Origin: Phycisphaerae bacterium | GTDB lineage: Bacteria > Planctomycetota > Phycisphaerae > SM23-33 | NCBI GenBank assembly: GCA_016929245.1 | Contig: JAFGJE010000042.1 | Coordinates: 1-61,422 of the forward strand | DNA length: 61,422 nucleotides | Direction of reading: 5' to 3' | Part shown: positions 40,391-50,316 of the stretch, in pieces | Position numbering within the stretch: the first letter of the stretch is position 1 | Layout of the letters: the number at the start of each line of letters is the position of its first letter | The notes under the pieces: model-generated | The model's database searches: none | The model's input: only the letters and a program-made list of their open reading frames with translations | Told to the model about the DNA's origin: nothing | Made by a program: the position numbers and the translations under genes

Positions 40391-41356
40391 TCACGTCTTC
40401 ACGCCGTTGACGACATACGGCTGAACCTGCCCTTGCAGGCAACGGACGACCGTTTTGGCGGCGTCTTCCCGCAGTTTCTTCACCGCGCGAGGACTGGCGG
40501 AGGCGATATGGTTCGTGATGATCACGTTGTCCATCTTCAGCAGCGGGGAATCGGCGGGGATCGGTTCGGGATTCGTCACGTCCAGCGCCGCGCCGGCGAC
40601 CTTCCCGGCCCGCAACGCCGCCACGAGATCGTCGGTCTGAACCAGATCGCCGCGTGACAGATTCACGATCAGCACGCGATCCTTCATCTTCGCGATGGTT
40701 CCGGAGTTGATCATTCCCCGGGTTTGATCCGTGCTCGGACAATGCAGCGTGATTAAATCGCTTTGCGCGTAAATCTCCTCCAGCGTCGCGGGGGTCGCGC
40801 CGCGTTTCTGGATCTCGTCCGATTCGGCGACGGGATCGAACACGAGCACTTCAGGCCGAAACGCCGTCAGCCGCGCGACGACTTCCCGACCGATTCGCCC
40901 GAAACCGACCACGCCGATCGTCATGTCCTTCAGGGCCCAGAGACGATTCAGGTCGACGGGAACTTTCCACGTGCCCTCCTTCACATGACGAAGGATGAAA
41001 TACAGGTCGCGCGTCAACGCGAGAATCATCGCCAGCGTGTGGTCGGCTACCTCGTCGATGCAGTAGTCCGGAATGTTGCAGACGGGGATGCTTTTCTTCG
41101 CCGCCGCCCGCAGGTCCACGTTGTCCACGCCGATGCCGTAACGGACGATCACGCGGTTCTTTTCCATCGCGTCGATCACGTCGGCGTTGACGCGGGCGAA
41201 CTGCGTGATCACGCAATCGGCGTCCCGCGTGAGATCGATCAACTCCTCGGTCGTCCCGCACTGTCCCCCTTCCACGGCGCAGCCGAGGGGTTCGAGGATC
41301 CCCTTTTCAATCTCGATGTCCGAAAACGCGTAATCGGTAATGACAACTTTGGGCAT
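40391..41356 (-). CDS. D-2-hydroxyacid dehydrogenase (CtBP-like)
   Basis: RYGIGVDNVD, PDYCIDEVADH, GFGRIG and NLSRG. Confidence 0.9.
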   Translation of the reverse strand: MPKVVITDYAFSDIEIEKGILEPLGCAVEGGQCGTTEELIDLTRDADCVITQFARVNADVIDAMEKNRVIVRYGIGVDNVDLRAAAKKSIPVCNIPDYCIDEVADHTLAMILALTRDLYFILRHVKEGTWKVPVDLNRLWALKDMTIGVVGFGRIGREVVARLTAFRPEVLVFDPVAESDEIQKRGATPATLEEIYAQSDLITLHCPSTDQTRGMINSGTIAKMKDRVLIVNLSRGDLVQTDDLVAALRAGKVAGAALDVTNPEPIPADSPLLKMDNVIITNHIASASPRAVKKLREDAAKTVVRCLQGQVQPYVVNGVKT

Positions 41357-41434
41357 ATTCTCTACTCCGTATCCTTGTTTGGGCGCCGTGGTTCGCGAAG
41401 CGCGGCGCAGCAACCACATTCCTCGTATATTTTT

Positions 41435-42220
41435 TTATTCCTTCACAAACGAATTCCGCAGCGTCCCGATCCCTTCGATTTCCACCTCGTACGTGTCGCC
41501 GGGTTGCAGCCAGACCGGCGGTTCCTGCGCGAAACCGCATCCCGCGGGCGTGCCGGTAAATAAAACCGTACCCGGCAGGAGCGTCATCGAACGCGACAGG
41601 TAGCTGATGAGATACGGTACGGAGAAAATCAAAAGACTCGTGCGGGCCTGCTGCATCACCTTGCCGTTGAGTCTGCCGGTGATCCGGATGTCCGACGGAT
41701 CCAGGTCCGTCTCGATCCACGGGCCGATCGGCCCGAAGGTGTCGAACGATTTACCGCGCGCCCATTGACCGTCCCCGTTCTGGCAGTCGCGGGCGCTGAC
41801 GTCGTGCCCGCAGGTGTACCCCAGCACGTGCTGAAGCGCTTCGGTTTCGGAGACATGCCGGGCCGCCTTCTTGAGCACCACGACCAACTCGGCTTCGTAA
41901 TCCACCCGTTTCGGCGCGACCGCCGGGATCACGACCGGGTCTTCCGGATTCGCCAGGCAGCTGGTCGCCTTGATGAAGAGCAACGGTTTTTCCGGCAGGT
42001 CCGCGCCGCCTTCCTCCGCGTGGGCTTTGTAATTCCTGCCGATGCAGAGAATATTCGGCGGTTCGACGGGGGCAAGAAGTTTTACCTGCGCCGCGGGAAA
42101 GGAATTGCCTATTTCCTTCCACTGGCGTAAGATGTCGCCGGTAATCGGGAAAAACGATTCGTCCCGAAGACAGCCGTGGGTAATACTGCCGTCGGGCAGT
42201 TTTGCTCTGGCGATACGCAT
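41435..42220 (-). CDS. Fumarylacetoacetate hydrolase family protein
   Basis: CIGRNY..H, DYEAEL, DVSARD, KSFDTF.P.GP and TGTPAG. Confidence 0.93.
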   Translation of the reverse strand: MRIARAKLPDGSITHGCLRDESFFPITGDILRQWKEIGNSFPAAQVKLLAPVEPPNILCIGRNYKAHAEEGGADLPEKPLLFIKATSCLANPEDPVVIPAVAPKRVDYEAELVVVLKKAARHVSETEALQHVLGYTCGHDVSARDCQNGDGQWARGKSFDTFGPIGPWIETDLDPSDIRITGRLNGKVMQQARTSLLIFSVPYLISYLSRSMTLLPGTVLFTGTPAGCGFAQEPPVWLQPGDTYEVEIEGIGTLRNSFVKE

Positions 42221-42384
42221 GTGGGTTACTCCGTATTCGTCGAAAATGGCAGGTGGGAACCTGGGCTACGCATATATGTGTAAGTAATCGAAAGAATTAG
42301 CAATTCGATAAGCAGGTTGATGTATTCATTCGCCGTAAAAACAAGTTGTAAGTTTCTTGACTTTTGATAATATAATAATACAAT

Positions 42385-43068
42385 ATGAATGATAAAACTG
42401 TCAAGCGGAAAAATCTGAGTGAGGAAGTCGCTTCTCGGATCAAGAGTTACATCATCGAGAATTCGCTCCGTATGGGGGACCGTTTGCCCACGGAGTTTGA
42501 ATTCGCGGAGTTGTTCGGCGTCAGCCGGGTGATTATTCGAGAAGCGACCAAGGCGCTTGGGTTTTTAGGCATACTGAATTCCGCCCCGAAGCGAGGACTG
42601 ACCGTCGGGGAAGTGGACATGAAGCGTGTGACGCAGTACCTGGGATTCCACTTCGCCCTGAACGATTATCCCCGCGAGAAACTTCTCAAAACGCGGATGA
42701 TTCTGGAAGTCGGCGCGTTGGGCGAAGTGATCGAGAAAATGGCGCGGGATCCGGAGATTTATTCGCGCTTTCGCGGAATCATTTCCACCCTGGAAACCTC
42801 CCGTGACGCGGACGAGTTTATCCGTCACGATATGGAGTTTCACCGGGCGCTCATAGAAGCGAGTGACATTGATCCGCTGGTGGCGTTTAATGATTTACTG
42901 GACGTGTTTTTCCGTCGCTTCCGCGAGGAGATTCTGGAAGTGCAGGGCGACTGGAAGGTAAACGTTCAGGGACATCGGAACATTATCGACGCGCTGCGGG
43001 ACGGCAAGCTAACGGAAGCGCAGGAATTGATCCGCCTGCATCTGTCAAATTATAAGAAGGCTGACTAA
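42385..43068 (+). CDS. GntR/FadR family regulator (FCD domain)
   Basis: GDRLPTE..FAELFGVSR..IREA and D.EFH..L. Confidence 0.92.
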   Translation: MNDKTVKRKNLSEEVASRIKSYIIENSLRMGDRLPTEFEFAELFGVSRVIIREATKALGFLGILNSAPKRGLTVGEVDMKRVTQYLGFHFALNDYPREKLLKTRMILEVGALGEVIEKMARDPEIYSRFRGIISTLETSRDADEFIRHDMEFHRALIEASDIDPLVAFNDLLDVFFRRFREEILEVQGDWKVNVQGHRNIIDALRDGKLTEAQELIRLHLSNYKKAD

Positions 43069-43087
43069 CCCAAACGGACCGGAATAC

Positions 43088-43166
43088 GTCCACGAATTAC
43101 ACGAATTTTTCGAAGGAGAAAATAATACGAAAAAGCCACTTCGTGTAATTCGTGAAATTCGTGGAC
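43088..43166. repeat. Family B inverted repeat, copy 2
   Basis: GTCCACGAATTACACGAATTTTTCGAA ... TTCGTGTAATTCGTGAAATTCGTGGAC. Confidence 0.85.
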
Positions 43167-43195
43167 TCTTTTTGAATCAATAAGGATTTGTTTTC

Positions 43196-43981
43196 ATGAT
43201 GCAGGTGGATTTATCGGGCAAGGTCGCGTTGGTCACGGGGGCGGCGAGGAACATCGGCAAATCCATCGCGGATCTGTTCGCCGGCAGCGGCGCGACGGTG
43301 TATTACGCCGATCTCGACCTTCCGGCGCTCCAATCCGCCGCGGCGGGGCAGTCCAACGCGCGGGCCGTCGAAATGGACATCACCCGCCAGGATCAGATCG
43401 ACGCCGCCATCCGGACGATCCTTTCCGAATCGGGACGGCTGGATATTCTCGTGAACAACGCCGGGGTGAACACCGCCAAATATCGCGTACCCATCGACGA
43501 ATTTCCGAAGGAGGAATGGGATCGCCTCCTGGAGGTGGACTTGACGGGCCTGTACATGGTCTCCAAATCCGCCGCCCAGCCGATGCTTCGGCAGGGATCG
43601 GGACGGATCATCAATATCACCTCCGTCGTGGGACTGGTACCGCTTCGCCTGCAATGCGCCTTCGCCGCCGCCAAGGCCGGGGTGGTGAACCTCACCAAAG
43701 CGATGGCGCTGGAACTGGCGCCCCGCGGGGTGCTCGTCAACGCCATCGCGCCGGGATCGATCCTCACCGAAGGCACGAAATCGCTGTTTTACGGCCAAAA
43801 CGGGCAGTTCAACGACCGCATGCGGGAGATGCTCTCGCACATTCCCCTCGGGAAACCGGGTGAATCGAATGACATCGGGTACGCGGCCTTGTTCCTGGCG
43901 GCCCCGGAAAGCAAGTACATCAACGGCCACGTCCTGACCGTCGACGGCGGATGGACGGCTGGATATACGAGAGATTTTTAA
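43196..43981 (+). CDS. SDR family oxidoreductase
   Basis: TGAARNIG and NNAG; atypical FAAAK in place of YxxxK. Confidence 0.9.
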   Translation: MMQVDLSGKVALVTGAARNIGKSIADLFAGSGATVYYADLDLPALQSAAAGQSNARAVEMDITRQDQIDAAIRTILSESGRLDILVNNAGVNTAKYRVPIDEFPKEEWDRLLEVDLTGLYMVSKSAAQPMLRQGSGRIINITSVVGLVPLRLQCAFAAAKAGVVNLTKAMALELAPRGVLVNAIAPGSILTEGTKSLFYGQNGQFNDRMREMLSHIPLGKPGESNDIGYAALFLAAPESKYINGHVLTVDGGWTAGYTRDF

Positions 43982-43990
43982 GGTTCGCAC

Positions 43991-44794
43991 ATGCAACCCA
44001 TCCATCCTGACGATCTCAAGAACACCGTAGTTCCCGCCGGTGCGATTACCCTCTGGTGGCTGGGACAGGGAAGTTTCCTGTGTAAAAGTCCGGGTGGAAA
44101 GATTGTCGCCGTCGATCCGTATCTGAGCAATTCCTGCAAAGCCATCGGCGATAAGGCCGGGTACGACATGGACCGTCGGATTCCCCCGCCGCTGGCGCCG
44201 TCGGACCTCGCGGGGATCGACCTGTACGCGATCACGCACAGTCACCAGGATCATCTCGATCCTGAAACGCTGCAAGGTTATCGCGCCGCCGGCGGATCAG
44301 GCCCGTATCTCGCCCCCGCGGAGACGCGCGAAAAACTGCAATCCCTCGGTGTCCCAGCCGAACAAATCGTGATGACCTGGCCGAACCACGTGCATCGCGT
44401 CGGCGACGTTTCGCTGCGGGCGACGTTCGCCATTCCCCTCGGCGGCGACGACCTGACGCACGTGGGGTATCTGATCTCCATCGACAACGGGCCCACGATC
44501 TGGATTTCCGGGGACACGGGATATCATGAACTGATCGCCGCGACGGTCGCGGAACAACGGCCTGACGTTATTTTCCCGGTGATCAACGGCACGTTCCGCA
44601 ACATGACCCCCGCCGACGCGGCGAGGCTGACGGAGGTCATTCAGCCGAAGATCGTCATCCCCTGCCATTACGATTTATTCCCCGCCAACGCCGTGTCGCC
44701 GGAACTGCTGCGAAGCAACCTGCGCCTGCTGGGTTTGGCGGATCGATATCAAACGCTCGAACAGGGCGAACCGTTTACCTATCAACGCGCGTGA
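43991..44794 (+). CDS. Metallo-beta-lactamase-fold hydrolase (UlaG-like lactonase)
   Basis: WLGQ, DPYLS, THSHQDHLD, SGDT and PCHYDLF. Confidence 0.88.
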   Translation: MQPIHPDDLKNTVVPAGAITLWWLGQGSFLCKSPGGKIVAVDPYLSNSCKAIGDKAGYDMDRRIPPPLAPSDLAGIDLYAITHSHQDHLDPETLQGYRAAGGSGPYLAPAETREKLQSLGVPAEQIVMTWPNHVHRVGDVSLRATFAIPLGGDDLTHVGYLISIDNGPTIWISGDTGYHELIAATVAEQRPDVIFPVINGTFRNMTPADAARLTEVIQPKIVIPCHYDLFPANAVSPELLRSNLRLLGLADRYQTLEQGEPFTYQRA

Positions 44795-44806
44795 GGAGTT
44801 TCTTCT

Positions 44807-45634
44807 ATGTCGGATATGCGAATGCGGGACAAGCGGGTGTTGGTCGTCGGGTCGGGCACGGGCATCGGCAGGGGAATCGCCGATCGGTTCGTGCGGGAAG
44901 GCGCCGAGGTTGTATATCACTACGGCCGCAGCGCCGACGGCGCCAAGGCGTCCGTCGAAACCGCGCGGCAGGCGGGTCGGCGCGCCGAAGCCTTCCAGGC
45001 CGACCTGCGCGACGCACAACAGGCGAAAGACCTGGCCGCCAGGGCCCTCGATTTCCTCGGCGGGATGGACGTGCTGGTCTACAACGCCGGGATCACGATG
45101 AACCGCCCGTTCGAGAACGTCACCGTCGAACAGTTCGACGCGCTCTACGCCGTGAACGTCCGTAGCCCGTTTTTCGTCACGCAGGCGGTCGTGCCGACGA
45201 TGATCGCCCAGGGGACGGGGAGTATCATCAACATCACGTCGATTCACGCCCTGGCGGGTTTGCAGGAGCATTCCGTCTACGCAGGAACGCGCGGGGCGAT
45301 CGTGTCGTACACGCGGTCGCTGGCGATGGAGTTGGCGCCCAAGGGGGTTCGCGTCAACGCCGTCGCGCCGGGTTCCATCGCCGTGGAAAACTACGCCGTC
45401 GTCGTGCCGGATTTCGACCCCAAGGCCGCCGGGAAAAATATTCCCGTCGGCAGGATCGGATCCCCCGCGGACATCGCCGGGGCGGTGGTGTTCCTGGCGT
45501 CCGACGAAGCGAAGTTCATCGTCGGGCAGACGCTGGTCGTCGACGGTGGAACGACCTCCTTCATGGCCATCGGCCTGGGCGTCGGCGAACCCATGAACGC
45601 GGAGTTCGGAAAAGGATACGTACCGGGGGTGTAA
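44807..45634 (+). CDS. SDR family oxidoreductase
   Basis: GSGTGIG and YNAG; atypical YAGTR (Lys to Arg). Confidence 0.9.
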   Translation: MSDMRMRDKRVLVVGSGTGIGRGIADRFVREGAEVVYHYGRSADGAKASVETARQAGRRAEAFQADLRDAQQAKDLAARALDFLGGMDVLVYNAGITMNRPFENVTVEQFDALYAVNVRSPFFVTQAVVPTMIAQGTGSIINITSIHALAGLQEHSVYAGTRGAIVSYTRSLAMELAPKGVRVNAVAPGSIAVENYAVVVPDFDPKAAGKNIPVGRIGSPADIAGAVVFLASDEAKFIVGQTLVVDGGTTSFMAIGLGVGEPMNAEFGKGYVPGV

Positions 45635-45653
45635 CTTTTGCACACCTACTATC

Positions 45654-45728
45654 TGTCATCCTGAGCCCCTAAAGGATAAACTTCGCTCGAAGACTCGCGA
45701 AGTTTATCCTTTAGGGGCTCAGGATGAC
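45654..45728. repeat. REP-like palindrome, family A variant (same termini, different arms)
   Basis: TGTCATCCTGAGC-CCCTAAAGGATAAACTTCGC...GCGAAGTTTATCCTTTAGGG-GCTCAGGATGAC. Confidence 0.85.
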
Positions 45729-45864
45729 GGTTATCAATCTCCCGCGCAGATCGAAAAGTATTGTTCTTGCATTGTTTTTCGGGTATATTAGTATATGGAG
45801 GAGCGTGTACGAGTCGTATGTGCGTGACTTGCCCGGCCAAGCGAGGCCAACCGGAGTACCCGTC

Positions 45865-46503
45865 ATGACGACCCTCGGAACCAGCGCGTTGGACAGCCAT
45901 GTTCTGGTGCTGAACAAGCACTACGCGGCCGTCCGTGTCGTCGCGGCTCGCCGGGCGCTGACGCTGTTGTATCGGCAGATCGCCGAAATCGTTTCCGTGG
46001 AAGACGATTCGTGGCAAAGCTACGATTTCGAGTCCTGGCGGGAAATCAGCGAATTTCGCAGCCAATACGAGCGCGACCGCCATGAGTGGATTCGCTGCGT
46101 GCGTTTCGAGATCGCCGTGCCGCGCATCGTGCGGCTGCTGTTCTACGACCGCCTGCCCAAACGCCCCGTGAAATTCAACCGGCGCAACATTTTCGCCCGC
46201 GATCACAATCGATGCCAGTACTGCGGGAAAAAATACCCCGTTTCGGAACTCAGCCTCGACCACATTATTCCGCGCAGCCGGGGCGGACACGCCGACTGGG
46301 ACAACATCGTCTGCTGCTGCGTGACGTGCAACGTGAAAAAAGGCGGAAGAACCCCCTCCGAAGCGCACATGAAACTCATCACCCCGCCGCTTCGCCCGAA
46401 GCGATCTCCGCAGATCACGCTGCGACTGACCAGCGAGAAATACGCGTCCTGGCGGCAGTTCCTCGACGCGGCCTACTGGAACGTCGAGCTGCGCGATTCG
46501 TGA
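45865..46503 (+). CDS. HNH endonuclease
   Basis: VLVLN..Y, RRNIFARD..CQYCG, LDHIIPRSRGG, W.N.V.CC..CN..K. Confidence 0.9.
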   Translation: MTTLGTSALDSHVLVLNKHYAAVRVVAARRALTLLYRQIAEIVSVEDDSWQSYDFESWREISEFRSQYERDRHEWIRCVRFEIAVPRIVRLLFYDRLPKRPVKFNRRNIFARDHNRCQYCGKKYPVSELSLDHIIPRSRGGHADWDNIVCCCVTCNVKKGGRTPSEAHMKLITPPLRPKRSPQITLRLTSEKYASWRQFLDAAYWNVELRDS

Positions 46504-46545
46504 AAGCCTTCCTCCTCTTTTTGAAAACAATCCTGCTCCGGGAAT

Positions 46546-48327
46546 TTATTCCGAAACGGACTGCGCCACGGAATTCGCTTGCCTCTGCCGGTCGGCGGAC
46601 AGGTATTTCCGGAGAATCCGGATCAATTGCTCCCGGTCAATGGGTTTCGGAAGAAACCCGCGGGCGCCGGCTTGGTAGCATTTCTCCGGATCCCCGACCA
46701 TCGCGTTGGCGGTCAGCGCGATGACGGGCATATCCGGTTTGACGTCCCGAATGCGTCGGGTGGCTTCGTACCCGTTCATCACCGGCATCTGGATATCCAT
46801 GAACACCAGGTCAAAATGACGGTCCCGCGCCGCGGCGAGCGCTTCCTGTCCGTTTTGCGTCAGGGTCACCCGCATTCCCATATGTTCGAGCAAAGCCTTG
46901 ATCAGCACCTGATTGGTCGGGCTGTCTTCCGCGACGAGAATGTCCGCGTCAAAGACCGAATTCGCCTCATTTTCTTTTGGATATTCCGTCAACTCGACCC
47001 GGCTGGGGGAGGAATCCGCTTGCGACGTTCCTTCGAAATCAACCGGCAGGAGGATGCTGAACGTCGAACCTTCCCCCGGCCGACTGGTCACGCTGATGGT
47101 CCCGCCGAGTAATCCGACCAGTTGCCGCGTGATCGCCAGTCCCAGACCCGTCCCTCCGAATTTCCGCGTCGTCTCCGCGTCGGCCTGGGCGAAGGCTTCG
47201 AAAATCCGTTCGAGTTTCTCCTGCTCGATCCCGATGCCCGTGTCTTCCACGTCAAAACGCACGCTCCGGGGGATTTCCGTATCGTCCTCGACCAGGGAGA
47301 TTTTTATGGTAATCCGTCCGGTTTCCGTGAATTTAATCGCGTTGTTCACCAGATTAATCAGGCATTGCCGGACACGAATCGGATCGGTTTGCATGGCTGC
47401 GGGAAGGTTGTCGGCGGTAATGACTTCAAACGTAATTCCCTTGCTTTGCGCCGACGGACGCAGGAGCAGGTTCAGATTCTCAATCATCTCCCGCATGGAA
47501 CATTCGACGATCTTCACGTGGAGTTTTCCGGCTTCGATCCGGGAGAAATCGAGAAGATCATCCATGATCGTCAGAAGATTTTTGCCGGCCATGCAAATGA
47601 TGTCCATGTACTGCTTTTGCGTCGGGGTGAACTCGGCTTCGGCGGAGAGCATTTCTCCAAACCCGATGATCGCGTTCATCGGCGTTCGGATTTCATGGCT
47701 CATATTCGCCAGGAATCGGCCTTTCGCTTCATTGGCGCTTCTGGCTTCTTCCAAAGCCTGTCGAAGTCGAAGGGTCTGTTTCTCGACGAGGGATTCCAAC
47801 TCTTCCTGTTTCATCCGCGCCCGCCGGGAAAGAGACCATTTTTCCGTGATGGCGATGGCGAGTTGATACACCTCGATCGCGTCGAAGGGTTTTTTGAGGA
47901 TCAGCAGTTTTTCCGTCTTCCCCAGCTTCTTTAATATCTCCTTTAAGGAATAGTCCGAATAGGCGGTGCAAATCACCATCTGAAGTTCGGGATCGACCTG
48001 CCAGATGCGCTGGATCGTTTCGATGCCGTCCCATCCGGGGGGCATGCGAACGTCCACGAACGCCATCGCGTAAGGCCTATGTTCCTTCAGCGCCCGTTGA
48101 ACCATTTCCAGCCCTTCCTGCCCCTGGAAGGCGAAATCCAGTTCAAAGGCTTCCTTGTATTCCACCGTCGGGGTTCTGCCCAGGATCACCGCCTCGGCCT
48201 GATCCAGCGCATCGGTATCCAGGAGCCTGGAATTCCCGTCGAGGACGGAACGAAAATCCTTGTGAATCATTTCCGTATCGTCAAGGATCAGGATGCGCCG
48301 ATTTTTTTCCTGTGGGAATGGAATCAT
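46546..48327 (-). CDS. Hybrid sensor kinase (REC-HisKA-HATPase-REC)
   Basis: FVDVRMPPGWDG, FLANMSHEIRTPMN, GGTGLGL and FMDIQMPVMNG. Confidence 0.93.
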   Translation of the reverse strand: MIPFPQEKNRRILILDDTEMIHKDFRSVLDGNSRLLDTDALDQAEAVILGRTPTVEYKEAFELDFAFQGQEGLEMVQRALKEHRPYAMAFVDVRMPPGWDGIETIQRIWQVDPELQMVICTAYSDYSLKEILKKLGKTEKLLILKKPFDAIEVYQLAIAITEKWSLSRRARMKQEELESLVEKQTLRLRQALEEARSANEAKGRFLANMSHEIRTPMNAIIGFGEMLSAEAEFTPTQKQYMDIICMAGKNLLTIMDDLLDFSRIEAGKLHVKIVECSMREMIENLNLLLRPSAQSKGITFEVITADNLPAAMQTDPIRVRQCLINLVNNAIKFTETGRITIKISLVEDDTEIPRSVRFDVEDTGIGIEQEKLERIFEAFAQADAETTRKFGGTGLGLAITRQLVGLLGGTISVTSRPGEGSTFSILLPVDFEGTSQADSSPSRVELTEYPKENEANSVFDADILVAEDSPTNQVLIKALLEHMGMRVTLTQNGQEALAAARDRHFDLVFMDIQMPVMNGYEATRRIRDVKPDMPVIALTANAMVGDPEKCYQAGARGFLPKPIDREQLIRILRKYLSADRQRQANSVAQSVSE

Positions 48328-49967
48328 TGCAGAACCTTTTCGGCAAGAAAGGGGATTTCCAGGACAAACGTCGCGCCCCGTCCCGGACCGTCGCTGTGAA
48401 CACTCAGGGTTCCCCCCAGTTCCTTGGCGACCAGCGCTCCGCTATGCAGGCCGAATCCGTGGCCGTCTTCCCGCGTGGTAAAACCTCGCGTGAAGATTTT
48501 GGTCAGGTGTTCCCCGGGAATTCCGATCCCGTTGTCCGTCACTTCCATACACAATCGTTCTTCGTCCTTGGGGTAACACCGTAGGGTCAAATGCTTTTCC
48601 CGGTCGTGGTTTTCCACCATGGCCTGCTTGGCGTTGTTGATGAAATTCACGAGAATCTGCAGAATCCGCTGCCGATCGGAACAGATTTCCGGCAGATCCG
48701 CCAGATCAAGATGCACATTCACATGATGCCTTTCCAGCGCCTGCCTGCAGATTTCCACCGCGTCGCGGATGACATCCCGGATATCCATGGAAACCCTCAC
48801 GCCGCCGCTCTTGGCGTACACCTGCTGCGTTCGGACGATTTCCTTAATATGATTGATGCTCTTGGTTAAAAAATCGACTTCCCGCGTGACTTCTTCCCGT
48901 TCGGCGTCGATGCACCGGGCCGCTTCCGAGAGATACAGGGGGATTTTCATTCCCCTCTCGTCCCGGGTGATAAAATCTCCCAGGTCGTCAAGATGCTCTT
49001 CGACGATATCGGCCACCCGACGCAATCCCTGCGCCTTGGAATTCGAGGTGGTTTCCTTGATCCCGCCCAGGGAGATATTGATGCTGTTCAGGATGTTTCC
49101 GACATTATGGAGAATATCGGTCGCCACTTCCGCCATGCCCGCGCGACGCGAGGCGGCGATCAACTGCACGTGCAGATCGCGAAGCTCTTTTTCCTTCTGG
49201 ATTCGCTCCGTGACGTCCTGCCCGATGGACAGCAGTCCCGTGACGTTCCCGTCGTTATCCGTCAGCGTCTTATCATACCATTCAATATCAATCAGCCGGC
49301 CGTCCTTGGCGACGATCGGATTGATCGCGCCGTGCGTCTGCGTACCGCCGATCGCTTTTTCAAACAAATGGCGGATAGGGTCTCTGCTTCGGGAAGGTAG
49401 AAACAGGGAAAACCAATCCTGTCCCTTGACTTCTTCCAGGCAATATCCGGAGAGTTCTTCCATATAGGGATTGAAACTGACGATCTTTCCTTCGGAATCC
49501 AACACCAGCATGATCGCCTGGGCCGTCTCAATAATGCTCTGGGAAAAATTCCGCTCCTGCTTCAACTGATCCTCGGCCCTTTTCTTCTCCGTAAAATCCT
49601 CCACCATCTCGATAAATCCCGCCAGTTTTTTGTCCGGGCCGAAATACGGAACGGCGCGGTTTCGGGCGTTAAATCGAGAGCCGTCGTCGAGCACGCCTTC
49701 GGTTTCCACCTCCGCCATTCTGCCCGTTTCCATCGCCGGGATTCCCGGACAATGCGGACAGATCGCGTCCCGTTTTTCAAATTCATGATAGCAGGGAAGA
49801 CCGACGAACGATTCGACCGTCCGTTTGAACAGTCGGGCGAACGTCGCGTTGACGTGAATGATCCTGTGGTTCGTGTCCATCACGGCGATCCCCAGGGACG
49901 TATTTTCCATCAACGCCTCCAGCGCTTCATACGGCTTTTTCCGTTCGGACGTTTGTTCCGTGTCCAT
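48324..49967 (-). CDS. Cytoplasmic PAS-PAS histidine kinase
   Basis: Two PAS-like segments (first contains C-x7-ICPHC); H-box ILHNVGN; DNGIG and GHGFGL; AAGGA RBS before ATG 49967. Confidence 0.9.
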   Translation of the reverse strand: MDTEQTSERKKPYEALEALMENTSLGIAVMDTNHRIIHVNATFARLFKRTVESFVGLPCYHEFEKRDAICPHCPGIPAMETGRMAEVETEGVLDDGSRFNARNRAVPYFGPDKKLAGFIEMVEDFTEKKRAEDQLKQERNFSQSIIETAQAIMLVLDSEGKIVSFNPYMEELSGYCLEEVKGQDWFSLFLPSRSRDPIRHLFEKAIGGTQTHGAINPIVAKDGRLIDIEWYDKTLTDNDGNVTGLLSIGQDVTERIQKEKELRDLHVQLIAASRRAGMAEVATDILHNVGNILNSINISLGGIKETTSNSKAQGLRRVADIVEEHLDDLGDFITRDERGMKIPLYLSEAARCIDAEREEVTREVDFLTKSINHIKEIVRTQQVYAKSGGVRVSMDIRDVIRDAVEICRQALERHHVNVHLDLADLPEICSDRQRILQILVNFINNAKQAMVENHDREKHLTLRCYPKDEERLCMEVTDNGIGIPGEHLTKIFTRGFTTREDGHGFGLHSGALVAKELGGTLSVHSDGPGRGATFVLEIPFLAEKVLQ

Positions 49968-50316
49968 AACACATTCCTTCCCAGGAAAAAAGGATGGATT
50001 GTGGTACTGTACTTCCCGCACGGCAGGATCGACCCGAAAAAACCACACATAAACAAACCACCGTACATAACCTTATCGAACTTCGATATAAGATCGGAAC
50101 CTAATAAGGGTTACGCATCCTTCGGGTAATGATGCCGTATATATTGTATCCCAATGAAAGTGTCCCGCGACCCCGAGGATACACACCCGTAACGATTTAT
50201 CGGAAAAAGGAATAAGAATATTCAAATGCGAATTGGTGAAAACGCCTGTCCTGCAAGACGCATCGCCGAATGAGTATCCGGGTGGAGACAGATGGGGGAT
50301 TGGGAATCAGGAGAAA

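Noticed and set aside
45654-46503. HNH gene as the mobiliser of the adjacent palindrome, or as an IscB/Cas9-like nuclease
   Set aside because: It is a short stand-alone HNH with no RuvC motifs and host-like composition, and the repeat lies on one side only.
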